DNA from: the human T2T-CHM13v2.0 reference genome, Homo sapiens
Assembly: GCF_009914755.1 (NCBI RefSeq)
Contig: NC_060934.1
DNA length: 64,000 nt
Reading direction: 5' to 3' (one strand)
Below, in pieces: positions 40,109-53,717 of this stretch (positions are counted from its first letter, which is position 1; every line of letters begins with the position of its first letter). The position numbers were made by a program, and so were the translations under genes. Under the pieces are notes generated by a model. The model saw nothing but the letters and a program-made list of their open reading frames with translations, made no database searches and was not told the DNA's origin.

Positions 40109-40894
40109 CAATCCCTCCCTCTCTCAGAATGCATAGTCCTTCTCCCTGCCTCCATCTCTAAAGCTACACCTGCACACACAAATAAGCATTCTAGCAGTGC
40201 AATCACTATTCCAAGTTTGAAGACTCGTGTGTGTGTGTGTGTGTGTGTGTGTTTTCCTGCTGAAGTGGAGAGAAAAGGGCCAGACAGGATGGGCCCTGGG
40301 TCCCCATGTGACGTACCCCAGCAGGGGTCCTTTGCTCCTTCAAAAATGCAATTATCACAAACTTCCCTCGCCCTGGACCGCGGTTCCAGAGAAACGCCCA
40401 TGCACATAATGTTTTGGTACAAGTTCAGGGTGTTCGTGAACTTTCTGAAGCCCGCCAAGAGCGCACTGCGAGTTCCAAGTTTAGAATACCAGTCCTGGGG
40501 AGTCAGGAAGCGTTTGCAGCCTCTGAACTGTCCGCAGAACTGTCAAGCACCCAAGGCTCGTCCTCTCTCAGCAGCTCCGAAGCCCCCTGGACTGCAAGCA
40601 CTCAGCACCCAGAGCCTTCCCTGCCATGCCCCAGCCCTGAGGTGTCCTTTCACACTCCGGACCCCCCGGCCTTTCTCAGAAAACGCTCCGTGCTGCGCTG
40701 TGTTGTCCCCACTTGTTGCACAAGAGTAGTAGCGACAGCAATGCTGACCAGGCCTGGTTGCACACAGCCCCCTGCCCCAGGTCCAGGGCTGCACCAACAC
40801 CCCATGCCCGTGGACACATCGGCAATCTTGAACCCCAGACATCTTGTCTATCACTTGAGACAAGGGGATTGCATCAGCAGCTTCACACTCTTTT

Positions 40895-41234
40895 CCTTTC
40901 TTTATGTTTTAGATTTGGAGTCTCTGTCACAGGCACAGGCTGTGGTGAGCCATGATTGTGCCATTGCACGCTGAACAGGCTGGAGTACAGTGGCATGATC
41001 ATGGCTCACCACAGCCTTGAACTCCTGAGCTTAAGTCATGCTCCTGCCTCTCAGCCTCCTGAGTAGCTGGGACTACAGGCCTGCACCACCACACCAGGCT
41101 AATTTTTAGATTTTTTGTAGCAACAGGGTCTCGCTATGTTGCCCATGCTGGTCTCAAACTCCTGGGCTCAAGCAATCCTCCCACCTTGGCCTCCCGAAGT
41201 GCTGGGATTACAGGTGTGAGTCACGGCACCTGGC
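40895..41234 (-). mobile_element. AluJ with an internal inverted duplication
   Basis: caggctggagtacagtggcatgatcatggctcac...ctcctgggctcaagcaatcctcccacc. Confidence 0.9.
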
Positions 41235-43345
41235 AACACTTTTTTTTAGCCAAGAGCCCTTCCGATGGACTCTCATGAGTTAAGCCAGTCTATAAAGCAC
41301 AGCCAAGCAGCCAAGCTGCAGTTGAAGAGGGGATGGGAGAAGACCTCCCACCGACCCCCAGGTCTCTGAGAAGCACAGCTGGAAGACTCTGGCCCTCTAG
41401 CCCACAGCCTCCTAAATGCCCTGGGCTCAGCCATGTTGTGACACTGGGATTTCTCAGGGACCTCAGACCTACACATCTCCCTCCCAGCCAACCCACCACC
41501 CCCATGCCATGCCCAAAACCAACACTCTCCTTGACGAGTTATGCAATCCTTCTTTCCAGATCATTCTGTGGTATGTAATCTAACAAACTAGCCATGCTTA
41601 AGGGTTCGGAGGGAGTGACGGGGTTAATGAGCTGGTTCTACCCCTCAAGGAGGATTTTGCACTTGTAATGGGGATCCCCTTACTCCAAGGGAGAACTGCT
41701 CAAATATATTTTTTGCATGTTTTTAAATTTCAAAAGTAAGGTGTGATTTTGATAAGCAACGACTATACTATAGAAATACCTTGTTTAGGAGATGAAAATG
41801 TCCCCTGCCTCCCCCTCCAAATTCAAGCCTTTTAGGTAAAGCAATACTTGAATGACAGGCACGGTGGCATTTGTGTGCAAGGAGAAGACTGGGTACCACC
41901 AAGTCCCGGGGTGGACGCCGACACCTTCCATGGTTCTGCCTGTGCCGACGCTGCCAGGAATGCTCCCCAGGGGCTCAGGAGTGAAGCTTCGTGGACTCTA
42001 TGCCTGGCTTCCTGAGCAGGTACAATTCCGAGCACCTCGGGCTGCTCCTCTCTGGCTCCTGCCACCTTCCTGAGACAAAGGGTCAACCCTCAGCTGACCT
42101 CGCAAGGGTGGGAACAAAACCATAAAAGGATAAGACATCTCCTGATTAGAAAGTGATGACTGGGCTCGTGAATGCCAGACCATGTGGGGCTGAGTGACAA
42201 GCAAGAGCTTCCTCATCACCAGGGGTCAGGGGTCTCTTGGCCATGGGCAGCAGGCACTCATTCCTTCCACACTGTTCTAGGGGAGAAGAAAATAAAAACC
42301 AACGCTCCAAGGAGCTTTTGATTTATTAATAGTTGGGCTGGCAAGAAATAAGGACTTAGAGATTCAAAACTTCGATGGCTTCGAGTCCAGGCCACGCGGC
42401 TGTGTGGTCTCTGCTGGAACATCCTTGGTGGCGGAAGCTCTGCGCCTGGTGCTGGAGGAGGCCTGAGGATCAGGAGATCTTCCTCCAGGGAGCCCACTCC
42501 TCCACCCCTGTGGCATGCAGCACTCACCCCACAGGCTTCTGCCTGGCTGCCCCCATATGGAAGCTTCCAGGGCAAGCCCAGAGGTTCCCTGCTCCCAGCC
42601 CTTGGTCCTGCCACTGCACCCAATAAAACATCCCCATCTCACATGAAAACGGCCCTCTGAGGAACCCGGCGTCTTTCCGGAGGGAGGTTCCTCTCTAACA
42701 CCGGGGCTTCCCTTGGGGTCTGCTCACCCAGGCTTCTATGTCCTCAGCGTGTCCTGTTTTCTGAGCCCAGGGAATCTGGGGGCACGTCAGATCTCAGTGT
42801 TGGGGAGCTGCCGCCAAACAATACATCAAAGCCGGTTTCTTTTCAAAGTAGAGGCTGTCTTATTATAATTCAGGGACAAATTCTAACTAAGTTTCCAGAA
42901 GGAGGCCCCGGTGTGGAGGGGCCTGTCTCTCCCTGAGCGCCTGCGTCTCCTGGCTCCACCAGGCCTCTCACCAAATGGTGTTTTGCAGCCTCTTTTCCCT
43001 TGGGAGGGTCTGGGAGTGGACAGGGCATGTCTTCCCCTTTCCCCGAGGGAAGGGTAGGAAAGGAGTTGCTCTTTGCCCCCGCATTCCAACTACCAGCCAA
43101 GGGAGCAGGTCCTGAGACCCCCCGCTGGGCTGCCTGGCTGAGGGGTATCTGTCCCTGAGGCTGCCAGGAGGCTGTGCGACACGTGGCCGGGAAGCTCAGT
43201 GCTCCAGGGAAGAGGCCTGAGAGCAGCGCCCCTGGGGGTCTCTGGGCAGAACCAGGAGAACCGGCCAGCGTCACTCAACAGTGTGCCCTGTGGCATGTCG
43301 TGGGGAGCGCAAGGGTCCCCGGAGCTGAGTGGGTGCTGCAGAGGA

Positions 43346-43446
43346 GCTGGGCTCATCGGGAAGGAGGTGGCCGGGGAGGGGCTGGGCTCATCGGGAAGGA
43401 GGTGGCCGGGGAAGGGCTGGGCTCATCGGGAAGGAGGTGGCCAGGG
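43346..43446. repeat. 35-bp minisatellite, ~2.9 copies
   Basis: Unit gctgggctcatcgggaaggaggtggccggggaggg starting at 43346, 43381, 43416. Confidence 0.95.
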
Positions 43447-44330
43447 TGACCACGGCAGGGAGATGCAGGAGGCACAGAGAGGCCGGAGGGGTCATCTGCC
43501 CATCAGGGAATGCTGTGGTGCCGAGGACCCCGTATGCTGCTGGGGGTGTTCCTCCAGAGAACTCACCATTATGTAAATGCAGCCCCCACCCAAGAAAGCT
43601 GGCGCCAGCTTCCCAGGGTGAAGGCAGCACCCGGAACCAGCAGCACCATGTCCCCTCACCCTGTCCTCTTTGCTCTGACCCCCAGAGGAGCCTGGGCGGA
43701 GGCAGCAGGGGTTAGTTCAGAAGCTAGAAGGGCAAGCGGTGGGGGCAAGGGCACTGCACAGGGCTGGACGCCACCCCCACGCTGCCTCCTTAGCCATTTG
43801 CCCCCACCCCTGACTGCAGCCCCAATCCTCCACCACTGGGGAAGGAGTCGGTGCCCTCGGCCACCTTCCTGGAGGCAAGCTGCTGCCCAGGAGGGAGAGG
43901 CGAGGCCACTGTCCCCAGGAAGGAGACTCGGCTGCCTTCACACCCTCAAGCTGTGCCAGGGCACAGGAAGAGCACCCACCTATCTGGCAGGTGCACCTCT
44001 AAGGTCGCCTTCCTCTGGAGGGCTCCCGACGTCCCCTCAGAGGGAACAGGCTCTCTGGAGCCCGGGTGGTACTGGGCTGCTCCTGAGTAACTGAGCAGAC
44101 TCAGGAACCCCAGGTCCTGCCCTTCGTCCAGTTCCCAGTTGCCCTGGACAAAGAGTGAGTGTATCTGACACATCAAAAATCCTCCAAAATATTTACTGAA
44201 TTTAGTTTAAAACAAGGAGTGCACTGTCTGAGGATAGCTCTGGTGTTCTCAGCATCAATTCTCTCCCAAGTCTTCCTTATAGGGGAGACGTGTCCTTGCA
44301 AACACAACTCAGCTTTATGAAAGTACGTGG

Positions 44331-44719
<389 letters not shown>

Positions 44720-45469
44720 TGAGAATAATATGCTGGCAAATATTTTAGAGTGTAGACCCTCCACGCAGGTATGCACCAATCATTGCCGTCTCTGAATGTT
44801 TTATCTCTGATTAAGCAGCGTGGATTTTTTTTACTGTTCCCCAAAATACACACTGCCTCGGGGAGCACCCACTATCGGGGTAGCTGAGGGTAACCTGGAC
44901 CATACAAATATTTAATCAAACTGCACCTCCTGGGAATTCCTAGTGTGGGTGACGCACCCTCCCTCATAATGAAAATCTTTTACCCCGATCCTGCAGTCAC
45001 ACCTCCTCCCACAGACCTCCACATGCAGGCTTTTTCCTTACCACACACATGCTGTCTGGAGAGGAAGCCAAGAGCCCTTCCAGAGAGGAGACTGTGAAGA
45101 AACCAAATGTCTAAATAAAGTCAAATCTTCTCTGTGCACCTTGCAATCATCATTCAAAGAACATTGCACACATACCCTCCTGCTCTATATTAAGTACACC
45201 TTCCCTGCTGGCTCAAAACAACCCCGAGGCTTGGGGGTAGGCACGGCCATAAATAAAGCGTGCTTTAAGCTGGCTCTAATTTAACTAGAGTCTTTGGCGA
45301 GGGGAAATGCAAAGAATATTTAAACAATGACACACAACCAAAACTAACAGGCAGGCCTCAAAGGGGTTCGTCTTTTTTTTTCCATCTAAAATTAAATTTC
45401 GTGGGTTTTTTTTTTTGCAGAACTTTGACTCAATTGCTTCAGGTTCTTGTCTGAAACATATTTGAGTCC

Positions 45470-45620
45470 CTCTCTCTTGTCTCTGTCTCTCTGACTCTCT
45501 CTCTGATCTCTCTGAATCTCTGTCTCTGATCTCACTAACTCTTTCTGTCTCTGTCTCTGTCTCTCTGTCTCTCTGATCTCTCTTTCTGACTCTCTGTGTG
45601 TATGTGTCTCTCTCTCTTTC
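45470..45620. repeat. CT/TCTCTG low-complexity tract
   Basis: ctctgtctctctga-type iterations. Confidence 0.85.
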
Positions 45621-46959
45621 CCAGACCTCCGCCCCCCACAGTTTTATCTCCAGACAGTGTGTGTGAGACAGGAAAGGGTCAGCGTGGGGGGATGGGGAGT
45701 GCCTGAAAGATCTAGGAGTGATGGGTTGACATTGTTCAGAGATTAGAGATTATTGGAAATAAGTTGGAAATGCTCTTCTGAGAGCTTTGGACTTCTTGAA
45801 AGAAATATATTCTATTTTGTTTAAAACAGCCTTGCGATCAACCAGTCAATCCATAGCTGCTTGTTGAGAACAGCGGGAAAACGGAAACATGATATTGGCG
45901 CTCAGAGAGCTTGGCTGGAGCTCCAGAGACCAGGGAAAATCTTCAGTGGCCAAAAGCACAACACGACACCTTACGGTGAGGCACGGACCGGACCAGACAA
46001 CATCCATCTTCCTTTCCTCAAATCTGAGACAGTCCCAGAAGGGTGGGACCCAGAGAGGGGCAGATACAGGCCACACTCTACAGCCAGCAGTCAACACACC
46101 CATCCCCCAGAGGATGGTCCTGGGCCCAGACCTGGCAGAGAATGCAGGGAGACCCTCCGGGAGGGGCTCGCCCAGGGCCAGGGACCCAGTCGTCTGGAGG
46201 CAGTCAGATGAAGCCTGCACGGGTTGACTTCTCTCTGTCATTCAGCTGTGCGTTTGGGGGCACCTGCTGGTATATGGCAGTGTGCACCATGGAGGGTGTG
46301 AAAATGAACTCAGAGTTTGCGCCTCAGGTTCCCAGAGGACTTTGCTCATGTCCCATACGGCCACTCACCCTGCATCCTATGTGTTTACAGAATTCTCCAA
46401 CCCAGCATTCAGATCCAACTACATCTCCTGAGCCCCCAGCCCAGGCCCTGGCCCATGCCAGGCATGCAGGGGCTGGATGAATAAGACAGAGTCCAAGCCT
46501 GCAGGACTAAAGGCCCTGCCCAAGGGTAACACAGGCCCTCGAAGCCATGGCGTCCAGCAATAGGACAGTGTCACCCACTAGTTGGGGAGCCACAGGACCT
46601 CTGGAGGGGTGAGGGTGCCCGGAGGGTGCGTGAGATGCTTCGGAGGGAAAGTGACTTCCCAGGAAGCCCTTGGACAAGGCTGGGAGCCTCCACTGCAGAG
46701 AGGGGAGGAAGAGGGTCCCAGGTGAGGAGAAATGAATGTAAAGGGCTCCGGAGCAATGGGGACAGGCGGCCACGCAGCGCTGGAGCAAGACGTGCACGGA
46801 GGAGCCAGGAGGTGACGGGAAGGGCCCTGGAGCAGGTGCCAAGGAGGCCGGACGCCCTGTGGGCCGTGTCCCTCCTGTCCTGTGCTGCGGTCCTCACACC
46901 ACCAGTGACCACAGCAGGAGTAACGACGCCCAGCTTCACTGTGGGCCGGGCGCGGGACA

Positions 46960-47120
46960 GGCGTTGCTTTGAGCCTTTTTCTGGAATTGATCCTTTAATC
47001 CTCACAAACGCTCTGTGGGGAGATCCCTCTATTTTACAGATGAGGAAACCCAGTCTCAGAAAGGCTGAGCTGGCATCCCAAAGTTGAGGAGCCCAAGATG
47101 GCAGAGTGACTCCAAGCCCT
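46960..47120 (-). mobile_element. MIR
   Basis: tttaatcctcacaaacgctctgtggg...ttttacagatgaggaaacccagtctcaga. Confidence 0.7.
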
Positions 47121-47139
47121 GCCCCTCTCCTTGCGTCCC

Positions 47140-47412
47140 CCCACCCCCGTCCTCCTCTCCTGGTGTTACCCTCCAGGTCCCCTTCGCCTGGCATTCCCCC
47201 TACAGGTCTCCACCTCCTGGTGTCCCACTCAGGTGCACTCTCCTGGTATCCTCCCAGGTACCCCTCTCCTGGTAAAACCCAGGTCCCCCTCTCCTGGTGT
47301 CCCCCGCCATCCTCCTCTCCTGGTATACCCCCAGATCCCCCTCTCCTGGTATCTCCCCCCAGATCCCCCTCTCCTGGTGTCCCCCTCCAGACCCTCCTCT
47401 CCTGGTGCCCCT
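47140..47412. repeat. Degenerate C-rich minisatellite (core cctctcctggt, period ~25-32 bp, ~9 copies)
   Basis: Recurrent ctcctggt(g/a)tcccc...ag(a/g)tcccc. Confidence 0.9.
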
Positions 47413-50400
47413 CCCGTCCACAGGCACTGCAGGCAACCCCTCCACTCCCGACCATGGCTCCAGCCCTCCCACTGGCTATACCTCCACACTGGGCCCATTG
47501 CACAGCTAGCTCTCGGGTTGGACAGACATCTGATGGCCACATCCCTGTGGAGGGAAGTGTCTCTAAAGGACACACGGTCCCTGAGGGATGTCTTGTGGTG
47601 TTCTGTTGTCAGACCACCAGGTCCCACCAGCAGCCATGCCTGTATCTCTTTATCCTCTTGGTCCTGACCCCTTTGTTCTGGTCTGAACATGGCCACTGCT
47701 CCTGGAGCCCCAGTGAGGGGAACCAGAGACCACGGCCACTGTCTCCCAGGGTTCCCAAAACCCAAACAATGGGGGCCGCCTTGGTGTGCGTGAGCCCTCC
47801 CTCCTCCTCCCTCAGAGTCTCACAAGTCCTCCACAAAGCAGCTGCTTCTGCCTCACAGAACCATTTATGGGGCCAGTTACTGGACTGCTACCTATGACCT
47901 TCCATCTCCACCCCAGAACCGAAGCACAAAACTCCCACCTCATTGCTCCCTGACCCAGACGAAAATTCCTCCCCTCTCAGCCAGAGAGGAGTGAGTGAGG
48001 GTATCTGAGGCTCTGTCTCGGTTTAGCCTCAAACAAAGGAACTGTCTCTGTGCAATTATTCAATATGAATTGTCAATGTCTATTTCCCCCGTTGTCTTCT
48101 TTTCAAACTTTACTAGGCATAGTCATAGAAACTTAAATTTCCTCCCGACCTAGCAATTCTAATAAAAAGCTTTGGTCAGTTATACACTGAAATTTTTAAG
48201 GCTGGAATGGTGGGTCATCTAGATTTGCCAAGAAACAGCATGGGGGATTATGGGGAATATTGATAAAATAAGGTTAATTAGGAATTGAAAGCTGTTGATG
48301 ATAGTGTACACAGAAGCTTATCGCCATATTCTGTTTGCCATTATGAATGCGCAAAATCTTCCAGCAAAATGTGGATGAGAAATAAATAAATAAAGTAAGA
48401 ATGCTGTTGGGGCAAGAGGCTCCAATGCATGGCAGCACCACCGTTTGGGGGTTCTCTCTTTATTTCATTTCTCCACGTGATCTCTGGCACCCTAGTAACC
48501 AAGATTTGGCTGGCTGTGTGTTCCTAATCCAACAAAACCAGCCAGAGCTGGAATTGAAGTCTTCGAGGTGGAGTGAACCCCAGTGAGCCCACCCCAGGGC
48601 TGCCCCCCCAGGTCCGCCTCACAGACCCACTTCTGCAGCCCCCCGTCAGGTCCCCCTCACAGACCCACTTCTGCAGCCCTCCTGTCCAAGTCGCTGCCCC
48701 AGGTCTGGACACGGGCTGGAGGGTCATCGTGGTAGTTGCCTCTGAGTCAGCAAAACGCTGCTGTCACCTGTGAGGTCTGCAGTGCGTCTCAGAGGAGTGA
48801 GGTCCTGGAGGGGTCCTGCCAAGCCGAGATGCCGGAAATGGGGAGCTGCCGGGGAGGGGAGATGGGAGGTTGGAAAACGGTGTCATGGGAGTTCTCTCCT
48901 GGGCCTTTAAAGTGCCCATTCTCAGACAGAGGAGTCCAGAGGGACGTCTGGAAGCTTGGTTTGGAAGAAATTCCAGACTTCCCTGGGCAGCCAAGGCATT
49001 CTCTAGCTTTCTACGATCCAGGCCTGGCCCCTGGCTCATAAATCTCGCAGGAAGCGCTCTCAGGAAGGACGCTACTGGCCTGGGGCAGCCTCGGAGTTGA
49101 ATGAAGATGGTTTGACTCTGAGAATGACTGGCCCCAGCCAGATTCCCCGTGGGGCAGCCCGTCTGTTTGGAAGTCTCCTTCCCCGCCGGGCCTGCACACC
49201 CACCCCTCCTGCCACATCAGCCCCAATATCTCTGCATTGAGCCCAGTGGGCACCTTCCCTTCCGTTGCTCAGAGAGCTTCAGAGACAGACCCTTACTCCT
49301 GCATTGATGTCCATCCAAGGGACGGGGCTCAGGCTGTCCCTTCCAGCTCACGAAATAGGTGCAGAGCCAGGCAGAGCAGCCCAAGTGTGACTCACACCCC
49401 GCCAGGTCCCGTGGGCACTTTCTCAGCAGGGTTGTGGGGGCAGCAACTCCATCCACTTTCCTCTGTCCCCTCACCCGCCCACCACTGCCCACGGCCAGAG
49501 TCACTGGAGCAGCCTCCATTCCGTCCCTGCACGGCAGTCACCATGATCTCTCCAAACCACAAGTCAGGGTGTTGCCTCTGCTTACAAGCCTTTGGTGACT
49601 GCCTGCCGTCTCAGACATGCTCAGCAGCAGTCACACTCACCGCCCCGTCATGCCTGTCTCTCACCGTCCTCCCGGCTCGCTCTCCTCTCACCAGGCTTAA
49701 CGGCCACACTTCCTGGGGCACTTCTGTGACCCCAGGGCCCGGCTGGTGCCCTTCCACGGTGGTGCTTCACCACCTTGCAATTGCTGGTTTACATCCCTGA
49801 TCACCCAGACTAAACGTGAAGGGCCAGGACTGTGCTGAAAGTCCTGAAACCCAGAGATGAGAGCTCAGCTCAGACCGCACGTGATGCCTCGGTGTGGACA
49901 TGTGCCCAGCTGAGCGTGCAAGCCCCTAATGGCCGCTCAGCAATGCTTGTGTTTTCTCCCTTGAAACTCCGGAGCAACTGCAGCCAAACATCCTCTGCTC
50001 ACTCTGTTTGTATCTCTGTCCTCTAAATCAGCCCTCTGACTTCCTCCCCGCCTGCGATGAGACTGTGAAGGAATAACAACATCCGGAGGAGATTGTGCCC
50101 CAACTTGGCTGTCGAAGGGGCCTCATCAGCCACCTTCATGGCCCAGACGGTCAAAGGCTGACCCCACAGAGTAAGGCTGGCCCTAGGAAGAGTGGGTGCT
50201 GGGCAAGGTCCACCGTGTGCCGCAAGATCCCCCATTTAATGCAAACAACATCTCAATGAAAGATAGCATCAAAGACGGCAGTCTGAAGCCCAGGGAAGGG
50301 CGTGGACTTTGAAGTTGGGCAGGTTTGAGTTTAAGTGTTGTTTTGCCACTTCTGCTGTCTGTACCATCTTGGCAATCTGTAAAATGCATATAACACCTCG

Positions 50401-50780
50401 TGTGTTAGGGTGGGTCCTTGCTGCAATAACAAACAACCCCAGATCTCAGTAACTGCGTGCAATGAAACACCTGCTTCTCCCTCACACGAAGCCGAATGTG
50501 ATGGTTTCTAGTTACATGGTTCTCTTGGGTGGGCTTCTCCCAGGCCGCAGCTCCACTGAGCTCCATAGTCCCCCGCTGGATCTCCTGCCCTAAAGTGGTC
50601 AACAGATGAAGAGAGACGGTGTGAGTATTGGGCAGGAGGTTTCTGGGGCAGCCTGGAGGTGGTGTCCTCCAGCATCACTCCCAGGGGCCCCGGCTGCAAG
50701 CAGGACATGCTGAAGCTGCAGTGTTCTGGGAAAGACATAGCCCCGCTTCTGCCACACCTGCCTGGCAGAATTGTCATGTT
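50401..50780 (-). mobile_element. Old MLT1 (J/K-like) LTR next to a MIR fragment (50320-50400)
   Basis: tgctgcaataacaaacaaccccagatctcagt... Confidence 0.55.
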
Positions 50781-52380
50781 TTAGGGGACGGCTCGTAAAA
50801 TGGCTTAACAGGCTCTTGGCCCAGGGACTGCTAGAATAGTGAGTTTCCTTCTTCTCTTCACCTTTGGTGATGTTGGGGCTGGAAGATTTCTAGAATGAGC
50901 TGTGTCTGTAAAGAAGCCTCAAGTCTTTTTTTTTAAGCACCCGCGGATGAGGCTTTTTGAGGCACTAGCCGGGCATCAGAGGCCCAGGGAAGTTCAAGAG
51001 TTCACCCTGATTGGCCTGAACATCTGGGAAGTTCTGGGCTGAGCACGATGACAAATGTGCCTCCCACCCCCACCATCCATACTCATCTACCCACACACAC
51101 GGGTTCTGTCCTGCCCCGAAGGAAGATGGTTTCAGGATGACTGGATTTCTGAATTTCCTCCATGCAGATTAAGGAGGCTTAAGAAGCCCGCCTGTTGGGA
51201 GGAAGCCTCCGACCGGAGCTGCTCTGGCTGGGAAGGGGTGGCTCAGGGTGGTGCCTGCTGTTCAGCCAGGCTCCCCGAGGCAGGTGGGATGAGACACCTG
51301 GGTGGGGCGGGCAGAAGCTCAGAGTCTGCACGGTGCCAGGGAGGATGATGAGGGCGAGGATGGATGAGCCCACAGGGGTGCATACTCCACCTCCCGAAAA
51401 CACAAGGAGCTCAGCGGCTGCACACACAGGCAGCACAGAAAAGAACAATGGGGCAACTCGAGGGCGTTCTGAGGGTACCTCTTGCCTACATCACCTGGTT
51501 TTAGTCATCTCCCACGTGCCTGCCTTCAGGCTGATGGACTTCTGTGAGATCCCTGGGTTGCTGGCTTTGAAAGCCACTGGGTACCGACCACCCACATCTT
51601 GGCAGGGGAGCTCCCATTGCTAACATTGCTTCATAAAGTGCCACTGGAGAACAGCTGTTGAGTGGTGACCAGCCCCCAAGGAGTCAACCGCCTTTCCCAC
51701 CCCCAACTCACCAGAGTCCCATGAGGACACCCCACACTCAAACCCAATCTGGACAAAACTGTCAAGGACCCTAACCCAGGCGTGCCCCCCACCTTCTCAT
51801 CCAGCTCCCTTTGACTCACTTGGGTGGTCGCAGCCGCCGGCTGTGATTTCTGGCCCATGCCTAGTTATTTTAAAGGCCAAATTTTCACAGCCATGCAACA
51901 GGCCCTTATCTCCAGGCCTTCAGATGCTCCCATGTGGCTTGTTTGATTCTCCTTCATATCAGCCCTCTCTCAAGACTCAAATTTCATTTCAAACCAAATT
52001 TCTCTTTTCTCCATTCTGTTGACTGGGCATCACCATGGCAACCCCCACCCCCATTGCAAACCTCCTCTGAGGAACGGGCCCACATGCAGGGGCTTGAACC
52101 TGTCATCGCTGTGAGTCAAGGTGAGATGAGCTCACTTCCCTTGATCAGCCATGAGTACTGAGTGCAGCTTCAATTTGTGTCTTTGTCACTAGGACAACTC
52201 TGTGACTAGTGTGCTTCGGTTAGGGCAAAAAGTCCTTCTCCAGGAGAAAGAAGTAAGTAAGTTACCTGCCTTTACAGACAGTTGGTCCAATGGATAAAAC
52301 AGGGGCTGCCAGAGAACCCTACAGAACAAAAAACCTATCATGCAAGATTATTACATATCTATCTTTTTTTCTCAGAAAAA

Positions 52381-52682
52381 GGCTGGGTGCTGTGGCTCAC
52401 ACCATAATCCCAGCACTTTGGGAGGCCGAGATGGGTGGATCACCTGAGGTCAGGAGTTCGAGACCAGCCTGGCCAACGTGGTGAAACCCTGTCTCCACTA
52501 AAAATGCAAAAATTAGCTGGGTATGATGGCATGTGCCTGTAATCCCAGCTACTCAGGAGGCTGAAGCAGAATTGCTTGAACCAGGGAGACGGAGGTTGCA
52601 GTGGGCCTAGAATGCGCCACTCTACTCCAGCCTGGGTGACACAGCCAGACCCGTCTCAAACAAACAAACAAACGAACAAAAA
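52381..52682 (+). mobile_element. AluSx-like with (CAAA)n tail
   Basis: ggatcacctgaggtcaggagttcgagaccagcctggccaac. Confidence 0.93.
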
Positions 52683-53717
52683 CCTACTAAATACCACCTA
52701 TAACAAAAATGAATTTGAAGATTTCTCACAAACTCATGGTCACAAGCTTCTTTGGTAGTTGATTTTGTTGAAACAAAAGCTGACCATAAATCCACAGAAG
52801 ACAATTATGAAGGAAAGCCACCCCACAAGCTTTGCTACATCCAGTGAAAAACACGTGCTGCACACATGAGTCTCCAGGATATGAACAAAATGTTTACGAG
52901 CCAAAAATTATGAAGAAGGTATTGATCTCAATACATTTTATTAGCATCCAAATAGCCATCCACAAATATTTGCTCAGTGATAAGGAGGAATGCTACCTTG
53001 TTCAACATCTATATTCTAGAAGTTAATCATTTTCAAAGAATCAGCTCATTAACTAATAAATAACAATGTTGTCTTCCACCATAGTTTAAGGCAATACCCC
53101 TTCTTTTCCTATCCATCTGCATGGTTTGTTTTGTTTTATGATGTGAATGTTATATATTTTATCAATATATGGACTTCTTAATGAGCCTGAAGACAAAAAC
53201 CACATCCTTGCTGTGGCTATAGGAGGCGATATCTCTCCGAAGGTCACATGGGATCATTTCTGATGAATACACCAGGTATAAGGAGGTGTGTCTCTCAGAC
53301 CTACAACAATCTAAGGAGGAATGCCCTAAACCTTGGTTCAAGGGATGATTTCATGCTTGTATACATACACAAAAGTCCATCAAACTGTATAGATTTGTGC
53401 ACTTTATTATATCTTGGCCTTATTTTTAAAAACAGAATAAAATTATCAGTGAACCTCAGAGAGGGTCTCAGTTTCTCTTGCTTTTGATCACAAAAGTGTC
53501 AAATTCCTCCCAAATTATGGAGAGAAGCTAGAAGGGAGAATAACTAGGGGCTCAGGCAACACGGTTGTGAACTGTAGTTAACGTTTAAGGGCCGGGAGAT
53601 CTGTATCTAAGCAAATCATCAGTAAATGCCAGCTTATCTCAGACTTTGTAAACTAATTTGTTTTATGCTTCCTGAATTCTCATTTATTCTCCTTCATTCT
53701 CAGTATTAGACAAAGTA

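Noticed and set aside
43346-43446. CRISPR-like array (35-bp repeats)
   Set aside because: Head-to-tail repeats without unique spacers, no cas genes, human context
44850-45000. Possible snRNA pseudogene
   Set aside because: Compared from memory with U1 and U12; no real match
46571-47897. 334-aa and 263-aa ORFs
   Set aside because: They run through a MIR and the C-rich minisatellite; low-complexity translation
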